A stretch of DNA of 63,959 nucleotides, counting the filler, from Hyphochytrium catenoides (Eukaryota; Protista; Hyphochytriomycota), in assembly GCA_900088475.1 (NCBI GenBank). It is 13 parts of 13 records of this genome, joined end to end, with 100 filler letters (N's around TTAATTAATTAA, not from the genome) between each part and the next. Parts side by side here need not be neighbours in the genome. Positions count along the whole stretch, not along the records: positions 9,582 to 12,387 come from FLMG01002675.1; positions 12,488 to 16,280 come from FLMG01002215.1; positions 16,381 to 20,713 come from FLMG01004674.1; positions 20,814 to 36,285 come from FLMG01003108.1; 9 more parts are not named here. The stretch is one strand, 5' to 3'. This document shows positions 12,028-22,297 of this stretch, piece by piece. Position numbers and translations under genes: made by a program. The notes under the pieces are model-generated. The model was not told the DNA's origin. It was given only the letters and a program-made list of their open reading frames with translations, and made no database searches. Position 1 is the stretch's first letter. Every line of letters starts with the position of its first letter.

Positions 12028-12387
12028 AAAGAGAGGAAAGGAGAACAAGAGAAAACAACCGAGAGAGAGAGTGGGGAGAGAGGCAAAGAGAGAGAAAGAA
12101 AGAGGCAAGAAAGAGAGAGAGAAGAAAGAGGCAAAGAGAGAGAGAGGACTTGTACTTTTCTCCCGGCACACTTAGGCAGAGCACGTTTGCAAGAGGATGT
12201 AATGGCACAATCACCTTTCGCTTCTCTTCACACTTTTCTCTCTCTCTCTCTCCCGCCTCAGCTGGGCCTCAGTAAGATCCTGACCACTCCCTGGACCTCC
12301 TCTCACTCCATCACCCATCACCCTGACAACGGGGTGAGGATTGAAGGAGAGAAGATCCCGAACATGGAAGAGATAGTGCAGATGGTC
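9900..12387 (+). CDS. ATP-grasp protein of the alpha-L-glutamate-ligase-related / ATPgrasp_ST type with an N-terminal TM segment; partial at both ends
   Basis: Phase-consistent exons: 9900-10074, 10404-10502, 10863-10979, 11456-(gap), 11763-11941, 12262-12387. Motifs EDKWTF, IVVKDKNEEGGMG, WIIQERLYN, VFRAG..TDH, VDLTTG and THHPDNGVRIEGEKIP fit ATP-grasp K..GxG / IIQE and the HPDxG..I.G..IP signature. Hydrophobic stretch LSALVFLFFLYPLICLIAAI. Confidence 0.75.
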
Positions 12388-12487
12388 NNNNNNNNNNNNN
12401 NNNNNNNNNNNNNNNNNNNNNNNNNNNNNNNTTAATTAATTAANNNNNNNNNNNNNNNNNNNNNNNNNNNNNNNNNNNNNNNNNNNN

Positions 12488-12718
12488 ACTTAACCTAAAT
12501 AAGAGTGTCTTCAAATCCCATACATTATAACATTCCCATATCATCTCTCTCTCCTATGCTGCTCTTCTGGCGTTCACAAGGAAGAGTGCATCATAATATT
12601 CTTTGCACACCTCTTTTTCCCATAACTAACACAGGTGTACCTGTAACGCCTATGTCCCTGAGAGCTACGTGTGTATAGAGGGTGACATACTGTGATGAAT
12701 GTATGGGGTTCGGAGACA
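12488..12718 (-). mobile_element. Copia-family LTR, inverted copy, truncated by linker
   Basis: The reverse complement starts with TG at 12718 and contains gtcaccctctatacacacgtagctctcagggacataggcgttacaggtacacctgtg...ttatgggaaaaagagg...ggagagagagatgat, homologous to 14097-14230 and 16142-16270. Confidence 0.8.
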
Positions 12719-12792
12719 ATTATATTATGAGTTCCCGCTCGCACTCTATTTTCTCGATAGCTAACCACATTATTAACAACTCCTCATCACGA

Positions 12793-13860
12793 CTGAACCC
12801 AAAATTATAAAAGAGGCTTTCTCTGGGGCGGATGCTTCGGAGTATAAAGCCGCTATCCTCAGTGAAATGGCGTCTATGATGGGACCAACACGACGTTTGG
12901 GAACTGGTTGGACGCCATCCAGACGCAAACGTCATTGGGTGTAAATGGGTGTTTCGCGTGAAATATGGAAGTAATGGCAACATCGCTCTCTGCTATAAGG
13001 CACGACTTGTAGCCCAAGGCTACCATCAGAAGCAGGGGATCGATTACAATGAGGTATTTGCGCCAGTTGTCAGTTATGAAACCGTCCGATGATGTATCCT
13101 CTCTTTAGCTGTGATGTATGATTTTGAGATCCATCATCTGGATATTCGTACTGCCTTTCTCTATGGCGATCTTGGTGAAACCATCTACATGCGCCAACCT
13201 CCGGGATTCGCTCAACCGGTACAGGAGCATCTCTTTTGTAAGTTAAAGCGCAGCATCTACGGGCTCAAGCAGAGCCCTCATAATGGAACAAAGTCTTAGA
13301 CAACTATCTTCGCGACACCGGATTTGAACCCAGCTTGTGAGAACCCTGCGTATACATCAACAGGTTCGGGGAGGATGGCAAGCCGACCATTTTGTCGACT
13401 TTCGTAGATGACCTGCTGATATTTGCCCAAGGCACTGACCGTACAAATCAACTTAAAGGCCTTCTCAAGAGCAGATTTGACGTAAAGGACTTAGAAGAAC
13501 CAATATTTCCTGGGAGTTGAGGTTATTCGGGATCGAAAGAATCAGAAGATTTAACTTCGACAACGAAAATTTATCTTAGATCTCCTACAGCGCTACGGCA
13601 TGGAGGATTGTAACCCAGTCTGTACGCCCGTTGCTCCTGGCGACAAGCTGCCCATCCAAGGCAGACTCTCTCTCTATGTTCACTTCTCAAGAGGGGGATT
13701 CTTCACTCAAAATACCCTACAGGAATGCTATTGGCAGTGTCATTATGCATCTGATGGTAGCCTCCAGGCCGGATATAGCATGTGGACTACAAGCTGGCAA
13801 GCTTAACTACCCAAGTTTCAGCTCTAAACTCCCAGTAGAAGCCGAGTATGAAGCAAACGA
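12793..13860 (+). pseudogene. Ty1/Copia reverse transcriptase (RVT_2) with an RNase H remnant, disrupted
   Basis: [102 protein letters not shown], followed almost directly by EAEY (large deletion into RNase H). Multiple stops and frameshifts. Confidence 0.95.
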
Positions 13861-14051
13861 AATGTCCCTGTTTATATCTATGGCTATGGTCAGTACCCCG
13901 GAATATCGTCAAGACTGACGTTTCTAGACAGGGATTTCTCTATGACTGAATATCTTAGGGTTTATTAGGAATAATTGGCATAGTCAGAATAGCTCTAGAT
14001 GATGAATCCCCAGTTGGGCTTATAAAGTAGAGCACTCTCATCTAATGACAT

Positions 14052-14395
14052 TGTCCAATCATCCCATATAGTCCAACACGTGACATCGAAGCGATAGTCA
14101 CTCTCTATGCACACCTAGCTCTCAGAGACATAGACGTTACGGGTACACCTGTATTATGGGAAAGAGGGATGTGAGAAGAATTTCCAGAAGAACACAGGAA
14201 CAACAGAGGAGAGAGAGATGATGAGGGAAGCTGGGCCGAGCAAAGATCTCGAGACCAGTCTCTCAGGACTCGGCATTCATTCACAGAAATCTCAATCATA
14301 GATCAATACCCAGTCCCTTTGTTATCGTTCATCTAGATTGTGCTCATACAGAAGCTTCAGTCATTGCCACCCAGCTATGTTAAAGTTCATCATCA
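14052..14395 (+). mobile_element. 5' LTR of a Copia element (TG...CA, about 344 bp)
   Basis: The core is homologous to 16142-16280. It ends ...catcatCA directly before the PBS-like GGTTATG and the gag ORF. The TG start at 14052 is inferred by comparison with the other two copies. Confidence 0.7.
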
Positions 14396-14411
14396 GGTTA
14401 TGTTAGGCCCA
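14396..14411 (+). promoter_or_regulatory. Primer-binding-site-like sequence GGTTATGttaGGCCCA
   Basis: It abuts the LTR CA end and resembles the GGTTATGGGCCC PBS of Drosophila copia-type elements, which are primed by the tRNA-iMet half-molecule. Confidence 0.6.
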
Positions 14412-14486
14412 CACTCGCAGTTGGTCGTGACTGTTGCTTCTCCTCTTCTCACTTGAGCTGCTAGAGTGACGATCCTGTCGCGTACA

Positions 14487-16104
14487 ATGACATCAAAGGA
14501 AGGCGGAGTTCATCCTCACAATATCGCTGTTCTACACAGCAAGGACCAGTATTCTTCTATCTGGTCAAGCCGGGTACGAAGTTATTACCTGGATGAGTTA
14601 GACCTCCTCGTTCACATTGAGGATGAGAGTCAGACACTGCTGGCTGATGCCAAAGACCCGCTCACCAGTAAGGACTTCACAGAGACAAGCAAGAAGAACT
14701 GGAAGAAGAATGATCGGAAGACGATCAACAAACTGGTTCCCCTCCTAGTTTCTGATGAGCTCCTGTCGCTGCTGGAAGGGCAAGAATCAGCGTACGCGGG
14801 ATGGATCAAACTGCAGGAGCAGATGATGGATGGAAAGGAAGGGGACAACGTCCTCAGGCGTCTTCAGGAGATCACCAACTCAAGGTTTGATTCTGGAGGG
14901 ACCACCTCTCTGAGATCCCATTTGCCACCCTGAAACGGAGGACAGAGGCTCTAAAGAATATCTTCGAAACGAGAAACCAGAAAGAGAACCAGCAGGACAT
15001 TTATGAGACAATCCTGATCTCTTCAATTCTCCGAAGCCTCCCTCCATCCTTTGGCTCTATAGTGAGCCACCTGTACGTCCTAGGGACTTCCTCTCTGGCT
15101 GCAAATGAGTCATCAACCGTATTATGGCTGATGAACAGAGAAGAGTGTCTAGCTCTGTACACTTTCCGAATACTCTACTCTCTTCGGAGATGAATGCTCT
15201 TTCTGCTCCAGGGGAAAGGAAAAGAGAAGATCCCCCAGATCAGCGAAGACAGGAGAAACCTGCGCGTGGTAGCAGTCAGTGCGGCATCTGCCGGAAAAGG
15301 GACATAACAGCGCAGACTGTTTTGAGCTTCCGGAGAACGCTGCTCGCAGGCCAACTGGCTGGAAGCCTCGCGTCCACTTGGACAAGTTGCCGTTGGTACA
15401 GGAGCCCAGCATTAAAAGCAATGCTCAGCAACTTAGTGCTCTCATAGCTGCTCTCCTATCCTCCACCTCTCCTTCACCAGGAGCTCTATCACATCAGTTA
15501 ATGAATTGGGATTAGCCAATCAGTATACAAAGTCTTCTGTCGACTCTGGTGAATCCCTTACCCGAGCTTCTATCCCCAGCAAGCTGCAGCGAAGGCGAAA
15601 GCCGTCCAGAGTAGCCACAAATGGCTGCTAGGCAGCGGATTCTCCAGTCACATTTCTGGAGACCGATCACTCTTTCTCTCTCACTTCTATTGACCCTCTT
15701 CCTCCTCTCTTTACCGCTGACAACCGGCCAGTTTTTGCCGTGGGAGAGGGGAAGCATACTTAACCTGCTGCCAATAGAGCTACCACCCCTCTCTACTACC
15801 TGCCGAATGTGCTTTATGCGCCAGGCTTTCCAAAGCATCTTCTCTATTATTGGACAATACATCCAAGACTCCTCTGGTGCAGCAGTGTTATTTACCTCAA
15901 ATGGAGCTTACACTCTCAGTCCTTCAGTGGTCAAGGGCATTGCAAAGTTAACCTCACAAGAACAAGTGAGACGTATTGGTTTGACCAATGAAACCGTTTA
16001 TTACTCCTCGGACACTGACGATGCACGGGGACAAGGTGACTCTTCTTCTCCAAGACTAGCCGCAGCTACGAGCAAGCAAGAGCCTATCACCCTGTGGTAC
16101 AAAC
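14487..16104 (+). pseudogene. Copia gag-protease region, disrupted
   Basis: Gag: YSSIWSSRVRSY..WKKNDRK..ESAYAGWIKL and ILRSLPPSF. Frameshifted zinc knuckle CGICRK/GHNSADC (about 15280-15320). Protease KWLLGSGFSSHISGDRSLF at about 15619, with the catalytic D changed to G. The GAG-pre-integrase-like TLWYK is cut by the next LTR. Confidence 0.85.
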
Positions 16105-16280
16105 TGTTGAGTGCTACTATGTTCGTTGTCAGTAGTACAGTAGTCAATCTCTATACACACCTAGCTCTCAGGGACATAGACGTTACGGGGACACCTGTGT
16201 TATGGGAAAGAGGGATGTGAGAAGAGTTTCCAGAAGAACACAGGCGCAGCAGAGGAGAGAGAGATGATGAGGGAAGCTGG
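16105..16280 (+). mobile_element. Third Copia-family LTR, inserted into pol, truncated by linker
   Basis: Starts TGTTGA at 16105. 16142-16280 is nearly identical to 14097-14234 (cacacctagctctcag.gacatagacgttacggg.acacctgt.ttatgggaaagagggatgtgagaaga..ttccagaagaacacagg...gatgatgagggaagctgg). Confidence 0.85.
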
Positions 16281-16385
16281 NNNNNNNNNNNNNNNNNNNN
16301 NNNNNNNNNNNNNNNNNNNNNNNNTTAATTAATTAANNNNNNNNNNNNNNNNNNNNNNNNNNNNNNNNNNNNNNNNNNNNGCCTG

Positions 16386-16430
<45 letters not shown>

Positions 16431-16592
16431 CTCTCCCTCTTCGCTAAATCTTACAAGCCTAATTCCGCCGCGCGACAGGTTCTTCTTCCCTCTCTTTGTT
16501 GTGGTCTTGTTCTCTCTCCTCTTCTCTCTCTCTCTTCTCTCTCTCTCTTCTCTCTCTCTCATCTCTCTCGCGCTCTCTCTCTCCCGTTGCAC

Positions 16593-18977
16593 TTACATTT
16601 CTAACTGGCTGAGTATATCCTTGGCTGTCGCCGTGGAGGAAATGCTTGACGCCTTGCTACTCTTTCTGTCTCTTGTGTCTCTGGAATCTTCGCTCTTCTT
16701 CTTCTTTCTCTTTCTTTCTTCATCACTTTTCTCTTCTTCCTCTGTCTTTTCTTCTTTTCCTTCTTTCTCTTTCTTCTCTCTCTCTTCTAAGCTTTTCTTC
16801 CTCATTGGAGGCAGCTCTTTCACTCTGCTCTGTAAGCTTTCTGAGGAGACGCGCGAGAGAGAGACAGCCACCGAAGGCAGTTGCGTCTTTCTTGGCTCCT
16901 CTTCTCTTCTTTCCTCTCCCTTTCGTCTCTCTCCTGCTAGTGCTTGTGAACTACTTGGAGGAGAGAGAGAAGAAGAGACAGGAGGAGAGAGAGAGAGAGA
17001 GGATGTTGCTTGAGAGGGAGAGGAAGAGCCGCTGACAGTCTTCAGATCTCTAAGAGATCCCTTATCTTGAGTTGTCTCTTCTTGCGCTACTATTTTGCCA
17101 GCTCTCTTCTCTTTCTCTCTTTCTTTCTCTTTTTCTCTCTCCTCTTCCCTGCTTTCCTCTCTTCCTCTCTTCTTCCCCAGGCCTCTTTCCCTTGATGATA
17201 GAGCTTCGGGATCCAGCTTGGGAAGAGAGAGAGACGGAGAAGAGCGAGAAGGAGAGAACCTCGTCATACTTATGAGCCTGCTTCCTGGGAGACCAGGAGA
17301 GACGGAAGAAGAAGAAGAGAGACTGCTTCCTCCTCCTATTTTTGCTCCATCTCTCTCGGAATCTGCCCCTTCTCCGCCTAGGAGATACTCGATCATTCCG
17401 CAAAGAATAGAGAGAGAGAGAGAGAGAGAAGGGATAACCTAGAACGTCTCTCTTAAGCGTCCAAGCGCGGACTTCTTTTTATAAACGCCGCTCTGTGAAA
17501 TGCGTCGATCCTCAAATGAGCCAGAAAAGAGAAGAGAGAGAGCGAGAGAAGTTGTCTTTCTGGTACACGAGAGAAAGAAGGAGAGAGAGGGCACAAAGAA
17601 GAAGAAGCTGTAATCAAGAGAGAGGGCAGACAGCAAGTCTCTTCCCTTCCTTTCTCTTCTCCTTTCCAGCACCTGCGCCAACTGAAGTCCAAGAGATCAG
17701 GGGAATCAAGAGAGAATGAGAGGAAGAAAAGAGAACGAGAGAGAGGAGAGACACCCAACGGCTGCTGCGTAGAGAGAGAAAGAGAGAGAGAGAGAGAGAA
17801 AGGAGGGGAAGGGAGCGGCAGTTGATGCGTGGTAGGAGACCGCAAAAGAAGAGAGTAATAAAATGACGCAGATCGCGCAGCAGCCTCAATCTGAGAACCC
17901 AGAAAGGGAGTGAGAAGAGAGAAAGAGAGAGAGGGAGAGAGAGAGAACGAAGGAGAGAAATAAGCCAGCCGACGCCACAGGCACAAACAGCCACGCAGAA
18001 CAGGTCAGCAACCGATCAAGCGTCGTTTGATCTGTCTTCCTATCCACACGTCCGGTCCCAGCAAGAGAGAGATTGAAAAAGGGAAAAAAAGAGAGAGAGA
18101 GGGAGAGTCCGACTACGAAAGGCTGTGCTGCCTGTTATTCCTTACGGGAAAGAAAGTGTCTCTCTCTCTCTCTCTCTCCATTCTGTCATGCGTGCTTCCC
18201 CCTGATTGTCGTATGCAGGAGGGAGAGAATCGAAGGGAGAGAGAGAAGAAGAGAGAAGAAAGAGTCGACAAACAGCAAACAGGTAGGAGGAAAGTCGTGA
18301 GGTGGAGGTTGTGGAGCCCGAAGTGGAAGGAGGAACGAGAGCTAAGAAAGAATGAAAGAGAGAGAAGAGATGGACAGAACGAGAAGGGCTTCTGCCATCT
18401 TGGTCTCTCTCCTTGCAGGCGCGTGCCTCATNNNNNNNNNNNNNNNNNNNNNNNNNNNNNNNNNNNNNNNNNNNNNNNNNNNNNNNNNNNNNNNNNNNNN
18501 NNNNNNNNNNNNNNNAGTCGAGTGTCTTCTTACCTGTCCAAAGTGTTCTGACAGGCGGGGAGGGTGAGTCCCCTCCGCCCTCTCTTTTGTACGCAAGAAC
18601 AAAAAGTTCTACAAAAAAAACAAGGTGTGTAGGACAGACGAAGAAGGCCACATATGCCTAGCATATACACTAGGATGGGCGGGCTCCAGGTGCGCTTACG
18701 GGGAACAAAGGTTAGGAGCAGCGAGACAACACCTGCAAAGATTTTCCTGTTCAAGAGACAGAGCGAAGATTGTGCAACACAGAGAAATGCAGGAGATACT
18801 CATAATAAGAGGCAAAAGCGCTTTTGTGAGGAAGACAGATCTGGAGGATATGCAAAAGTGGAGAGAAAGAGATAAGCATGCTGAGAGACAGAGCCTGTGT
18901 CAAAGAGGGAACCTCCGAGGTGGAAGTTGTAGCTTGACCAGGAGAGAGACAGGCGGAGAGCGAAGAGGGACGGACAT
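16593..18977 (-). CDS. Putative multi-exon gene of unknown function with a Ser/Glu/Lys/Arg low-complexity exon
   Basis: Phase-compatible exons MSVPLRSPPVSLLVKLQLPPR|RKIFAGVVSLLLTFVP|QLFVLAYKREGGGDSPSPPVRTLWT use GT donors (two are GTAAG). The 267-codon ORF 16593-17396 ends at a GTAAGT donor. The middle exons are unresolved. Confidence 0.3.
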
Positions 18978-19119
18978 AGCCTTGGGATGTCCTCTCTCGC
19001 TCTGTCTCTCTCTCTGGCCGACACCAAGTAAAACTCCCAATAAAACTTTTTCTGATTATTTTGGGAAAACTGACACAAGTAAACATTACTGTAACAACAA
19101 TATGAAAAAAAAATCAGGC

Positions 19120-19228
19120 AAACCCTAAAAACCTTGATTATTCTCTAATTAGTCTCTTAATGGCCATTGATTGGCTGCCTTGGTTGCCCATTGGCCAATC
19201 ACCTTCCTTAATACGAACTTGGACCAAT
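19120..19228. promoter_or_regulatory. Telobox-like AAACCCTAA plus four CCAAT/ATTGG boxes
   Basis: AAACCCTAA 19120-19128; ATTGG at 19170 and 19190; CCAAT at 19195 and 19224. They lie 140-250 bp upstream of the putative ATG at 18977. Confidence 0.4.
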
Positions 19229-20235
19229 CGTGTTTCCAGCAGCAATCAGGAACTCTCTGGTTAGCCACTCTATTAACTCGGAGAGTAATTGAAGTTTGCT
19301 GAACATTTTTATTGACGTTGGATTAAGCGGATAAAACAAAGAGAAAGGGAAGGACTCGTCAGGTATTTTTCCCACGCCCATCCTGCAATAGTGGAGCAGG
19401 GAAGGCCGTTTGGTCCAACATGGGACAACGTTGAGATGGCTCTTCGAGTGGACCGTGCTCCCATCTGTTGGACCCGTAGTGGGTACAAACCTTCATCCTG
19501 TCATCGCTTCTCCGCCTGACAGACGTGAAAGGCCAAACAGCGAGTGACTAAAAATCAATTGACTGTCATGCCTGCCCTTGCTTTTTCAAGGAACAAACGA
19601 CAGACAGATCTTCATTTATGAGTCTACTCCATATTATTACCAGCAGTTCTGGGATTGAGAGAGGCGCAGTCTTCTTCTAGCTCCAAGACTCGAACTTTCT
19701 TCCTTAAAAGCCCTCTAATAAGTAAAAAGCGCAAAGCGCTTGATAGCTTATTATAGCTCTAAAGATTTTATTTGTAAAAAGTATCTCTCTCCACTTTCAA
19801 TGTTATAAGCACGTAAAAAGACCTTTTTATAATAGAGTAGAAGATAGTGTTTTATTGACCTTTTATGTGGCGCTAGTAAGCTCTTATTATGCCAGCCGAT
19901 GACCTCATCTTTTGGACAGACAGAGTATATGTCTACCTAGACTACAGATAGTAAACAAGCGGTATGCCAGACACAGAGGCACAAGAGATATGGTACAAAA
20001 GGTTGAGCGGCCCTGTTGGCTTCCTTTTCGTCGTTTATGGTTGGCGACCAACAAGGCGGCAATAATATGGCAGCAATTTCTGTCGCACAAAAGAGGATGA
20101 CAAATCACATTATTAGTAGAAGCATCTGCCAAGTGGTTGGAGCAACCAAGAGAGCTGTTGAACCGAACCAGATCAGGGGAGAGGGTGAGCACTGAATGTA
20201 CTGACGTAGTTAGAGGACCCTTGCTTTTACAAGAA

Positions 20236-20318
20236 CAAGCCTCAAGGAAGTCAAGCTATCAAGCACAGCTTCAAGCACACACGCACCAAGCCTCAAGGAA
20301 GTCAAGCTACCAAGCACA
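20236..20318 (+). repeat. 32-bp direct repeat x2 (period 51), CAAG-rich
   Basis: caagcctcaaggaagtcaagcta(t/c)caagcaca at 20236-20267 and 20287-20318. Confidence 0.9.
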
Positions 20319-20813
20319 CTACGCAAGGGCTGCAAGGGCGCAGGTTCCACGTGACAAATGGATTGACTTGTCTTGTTCCTACCAATGTACCTCCGTTGGG
20401 TCATGGAGGTTGGAAGAAAATGGGTCAAGAGGCGCCGCTTGGTCAAGCACATAAACAACTAATCGCGTGACAGCAGTTATATAGACGACTCGGTTTTCAC
20501 ACACGCAAACTGTGGTCTTCTGGATACTGCCTCTCGCTTTCCCTTTTGGTCCAAAGAATGACGGAGGACGGCTTATGTGCCTGAAGCTACCGTAGAGCCA
20601 GACCTTCCTAGATGTTGCATTGTAAGAGACATCAGAGATTTGTCAGTTTTTTTATGGAAGCCCTAAAATATGGACTAATAAATACACAGAGGTTTTTTTC
20701 TAGGTCACACAGANNNNNNNNNNNNNNNNNNNNNNNNNNNNNNNNNNNNNNNNNNNNTTAATTAATTAANNNNNNNNNNNNNNNNNNNNNNNNNNNNNNN
20801 NNNNNNNNNNNNN

Positions 20814-22064
20814 GGAAGGATGCTCTGCTGGACTACATCCATCACCCAGAGAGGCACGAGGGTGACATCATTTACCAGGATGACCTTCTCCTGATCATTT
20901 TTGATAAGTTTCCTAAAGCACGACAGCACTTCCTGACAGTACCAAGAGAGAGAATAGACGGTGGGTGCTTCCAGAAGAGACTTGGCTGTCTAGTGGTCAA
21001 CTCTCCCCACGACGCTCAGTCCTTCAGTGATTTCCTTTTCCTCTTCTTACGCTCAGTCCGTCTGCTCTTGAGTCTTGCTGTCAGGATTACCTATTGTCCT
21101 CGTCCTTGCGTTGCTACAGGCCCTTCTGGTTTGCGCGGTGTCGAGCATACAGCCCTTCTGAAACACATGATAGACATGGGCATACAGCATGTCGTTAACA
21201 AGTTCCCAGATGAGACGTTTAGGCTCGGCTTCCATGCAATACCAAGGTAGTTCTGCCCTTCCAGGCAAAGAGCGCGTCTAATTAATCGTTATTAATACTC
21301 TCAGATCGCTCGAAAGGCTCTCGTCGCACGCCTTCTTCTCACTAAGCCAGCCTGTGCCTAATGTATTCTCTCGTGATACGTCGGTCTATCCTTACAGAGA
21401 CAGCCTTCTAAAATTATGCCCGCTTCGCCTATAAAGTTTTGCTGTTACTATTGGCAGATATTTCATTAATAGGTCGCAATTCTTTCCTTAACTTAGCTTG
21501 AACCAGCTCCATATGCATATTATTAGCCAGGATTTCCAGTCAGATAAGCTCAAGACGAAACAGCACTGGTGAGTTCCTTCCAGTCAGGTTGCCGCATTTA
21601 TCTGCCATCATCAGCGTTTGCTTGATGATACAAGTGCCGTCTCAGCTGCCCTGTAGTCTTTCCCACTCTTCGTACCTGCTCGTTGTTGCAAAGCTCATTA
21701 CTCTCTCAAGCTTCCTTCTCACCTTTCGTCCATACTAATTTGCTTGACTTTGGGCGGTGGCTCTATGAGCCAAGCTATCGAAGCGTGGCTGTCTTACCAA
21801 CTCCACCCACAACTTCTGCCTAATCACCATCCTCTGGCGTTCAGGAACTCTTTTACAACGGAGTTTTTTATGGATGCCGTATTGCTCCTGCGACACGTGG
21901 AGCTGGATGTGCCAATAAGCATAGATAAGGACCACTATGAAAGGTTCCTGTCCTCTCCACTTCGTTGTCATATATGCGAGAGAGTGCTAAGCACGATGCC
22001 TGCGCTGAAAGCGCATATTGCGACTTGTTCTCCTGTTCCCAAGCGAAAGGATAGCACACAGTAA
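20814..22064 (+). CDS. APTX: Aprataxin (HIT + C2HC zinc finger), 5' partial, 4 visible exons
   Basis: KDALLDYIHHPE..IFDKFPKARQHFLTVPR|..FRLGFHAIPS|LNQLHMHIISQDFQSDKLKTKQHW|NSFTTEFF..PLRCHIC..MPALKAHIATC; GT-AG introns. Confidence 0.93.
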
Positions 22065-22297
22065 AGACCTCCGAACAGTATAAGGCACACCACTCCTTTG
22101 CAAAATCGTGTTGCCACGTAACTTCAAATGACAGGCGGCGGTAGCTCCTTTCTATCAAGCTAGAACCTGTGGGGTTATCTAGCCCCCTGGTTCACACTGC
22201 CTCTTTCACTTGCCGTCAATCTTATCATGATCACCTGACTCTTTAGAAAAGGGTCATAATTCCCCTCTAACGCTGCCATATGAGCCCTCCGCCCTTA

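Larger units (their letters stand above)
5340..12260. repeat. Very dense (CT)n/(AG)n microsatellite terrain (also 16381-18400, 36386-37130, 49900-51716, 57036-57640, 61300-62463); (CA)n at 6743-6780
   Basis: Directly visible. It explains the many SLSL/RERE ORFs, and many segment ends fall inside these tracts. Confidence 0.97.

Noticed and set aside
12488-14395. RT flanked by inverted repeats, suggesting a DIRS-like or novel inverted-LTR element
   Set aside because: The RT is plain Copia RVT_2 and no tyrosine recombinase is present. The repeats point outward and are better explained as independent LTR insertions in opposite orientations.
5338-18400. Dozens of SLSLSL / RERERE ORFs of 60-290 aa
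   Set aside because: They are translations of (CT)n/(AG)n tracts, which lack stops; many lie in introns of real genes.
21497-21530. Aprataxin HIT motif reads QLHMH rather than HxHxH
   Set aside because: Substitution of the first His is common in non-animal aprataxins, and the catalytic His is retained.
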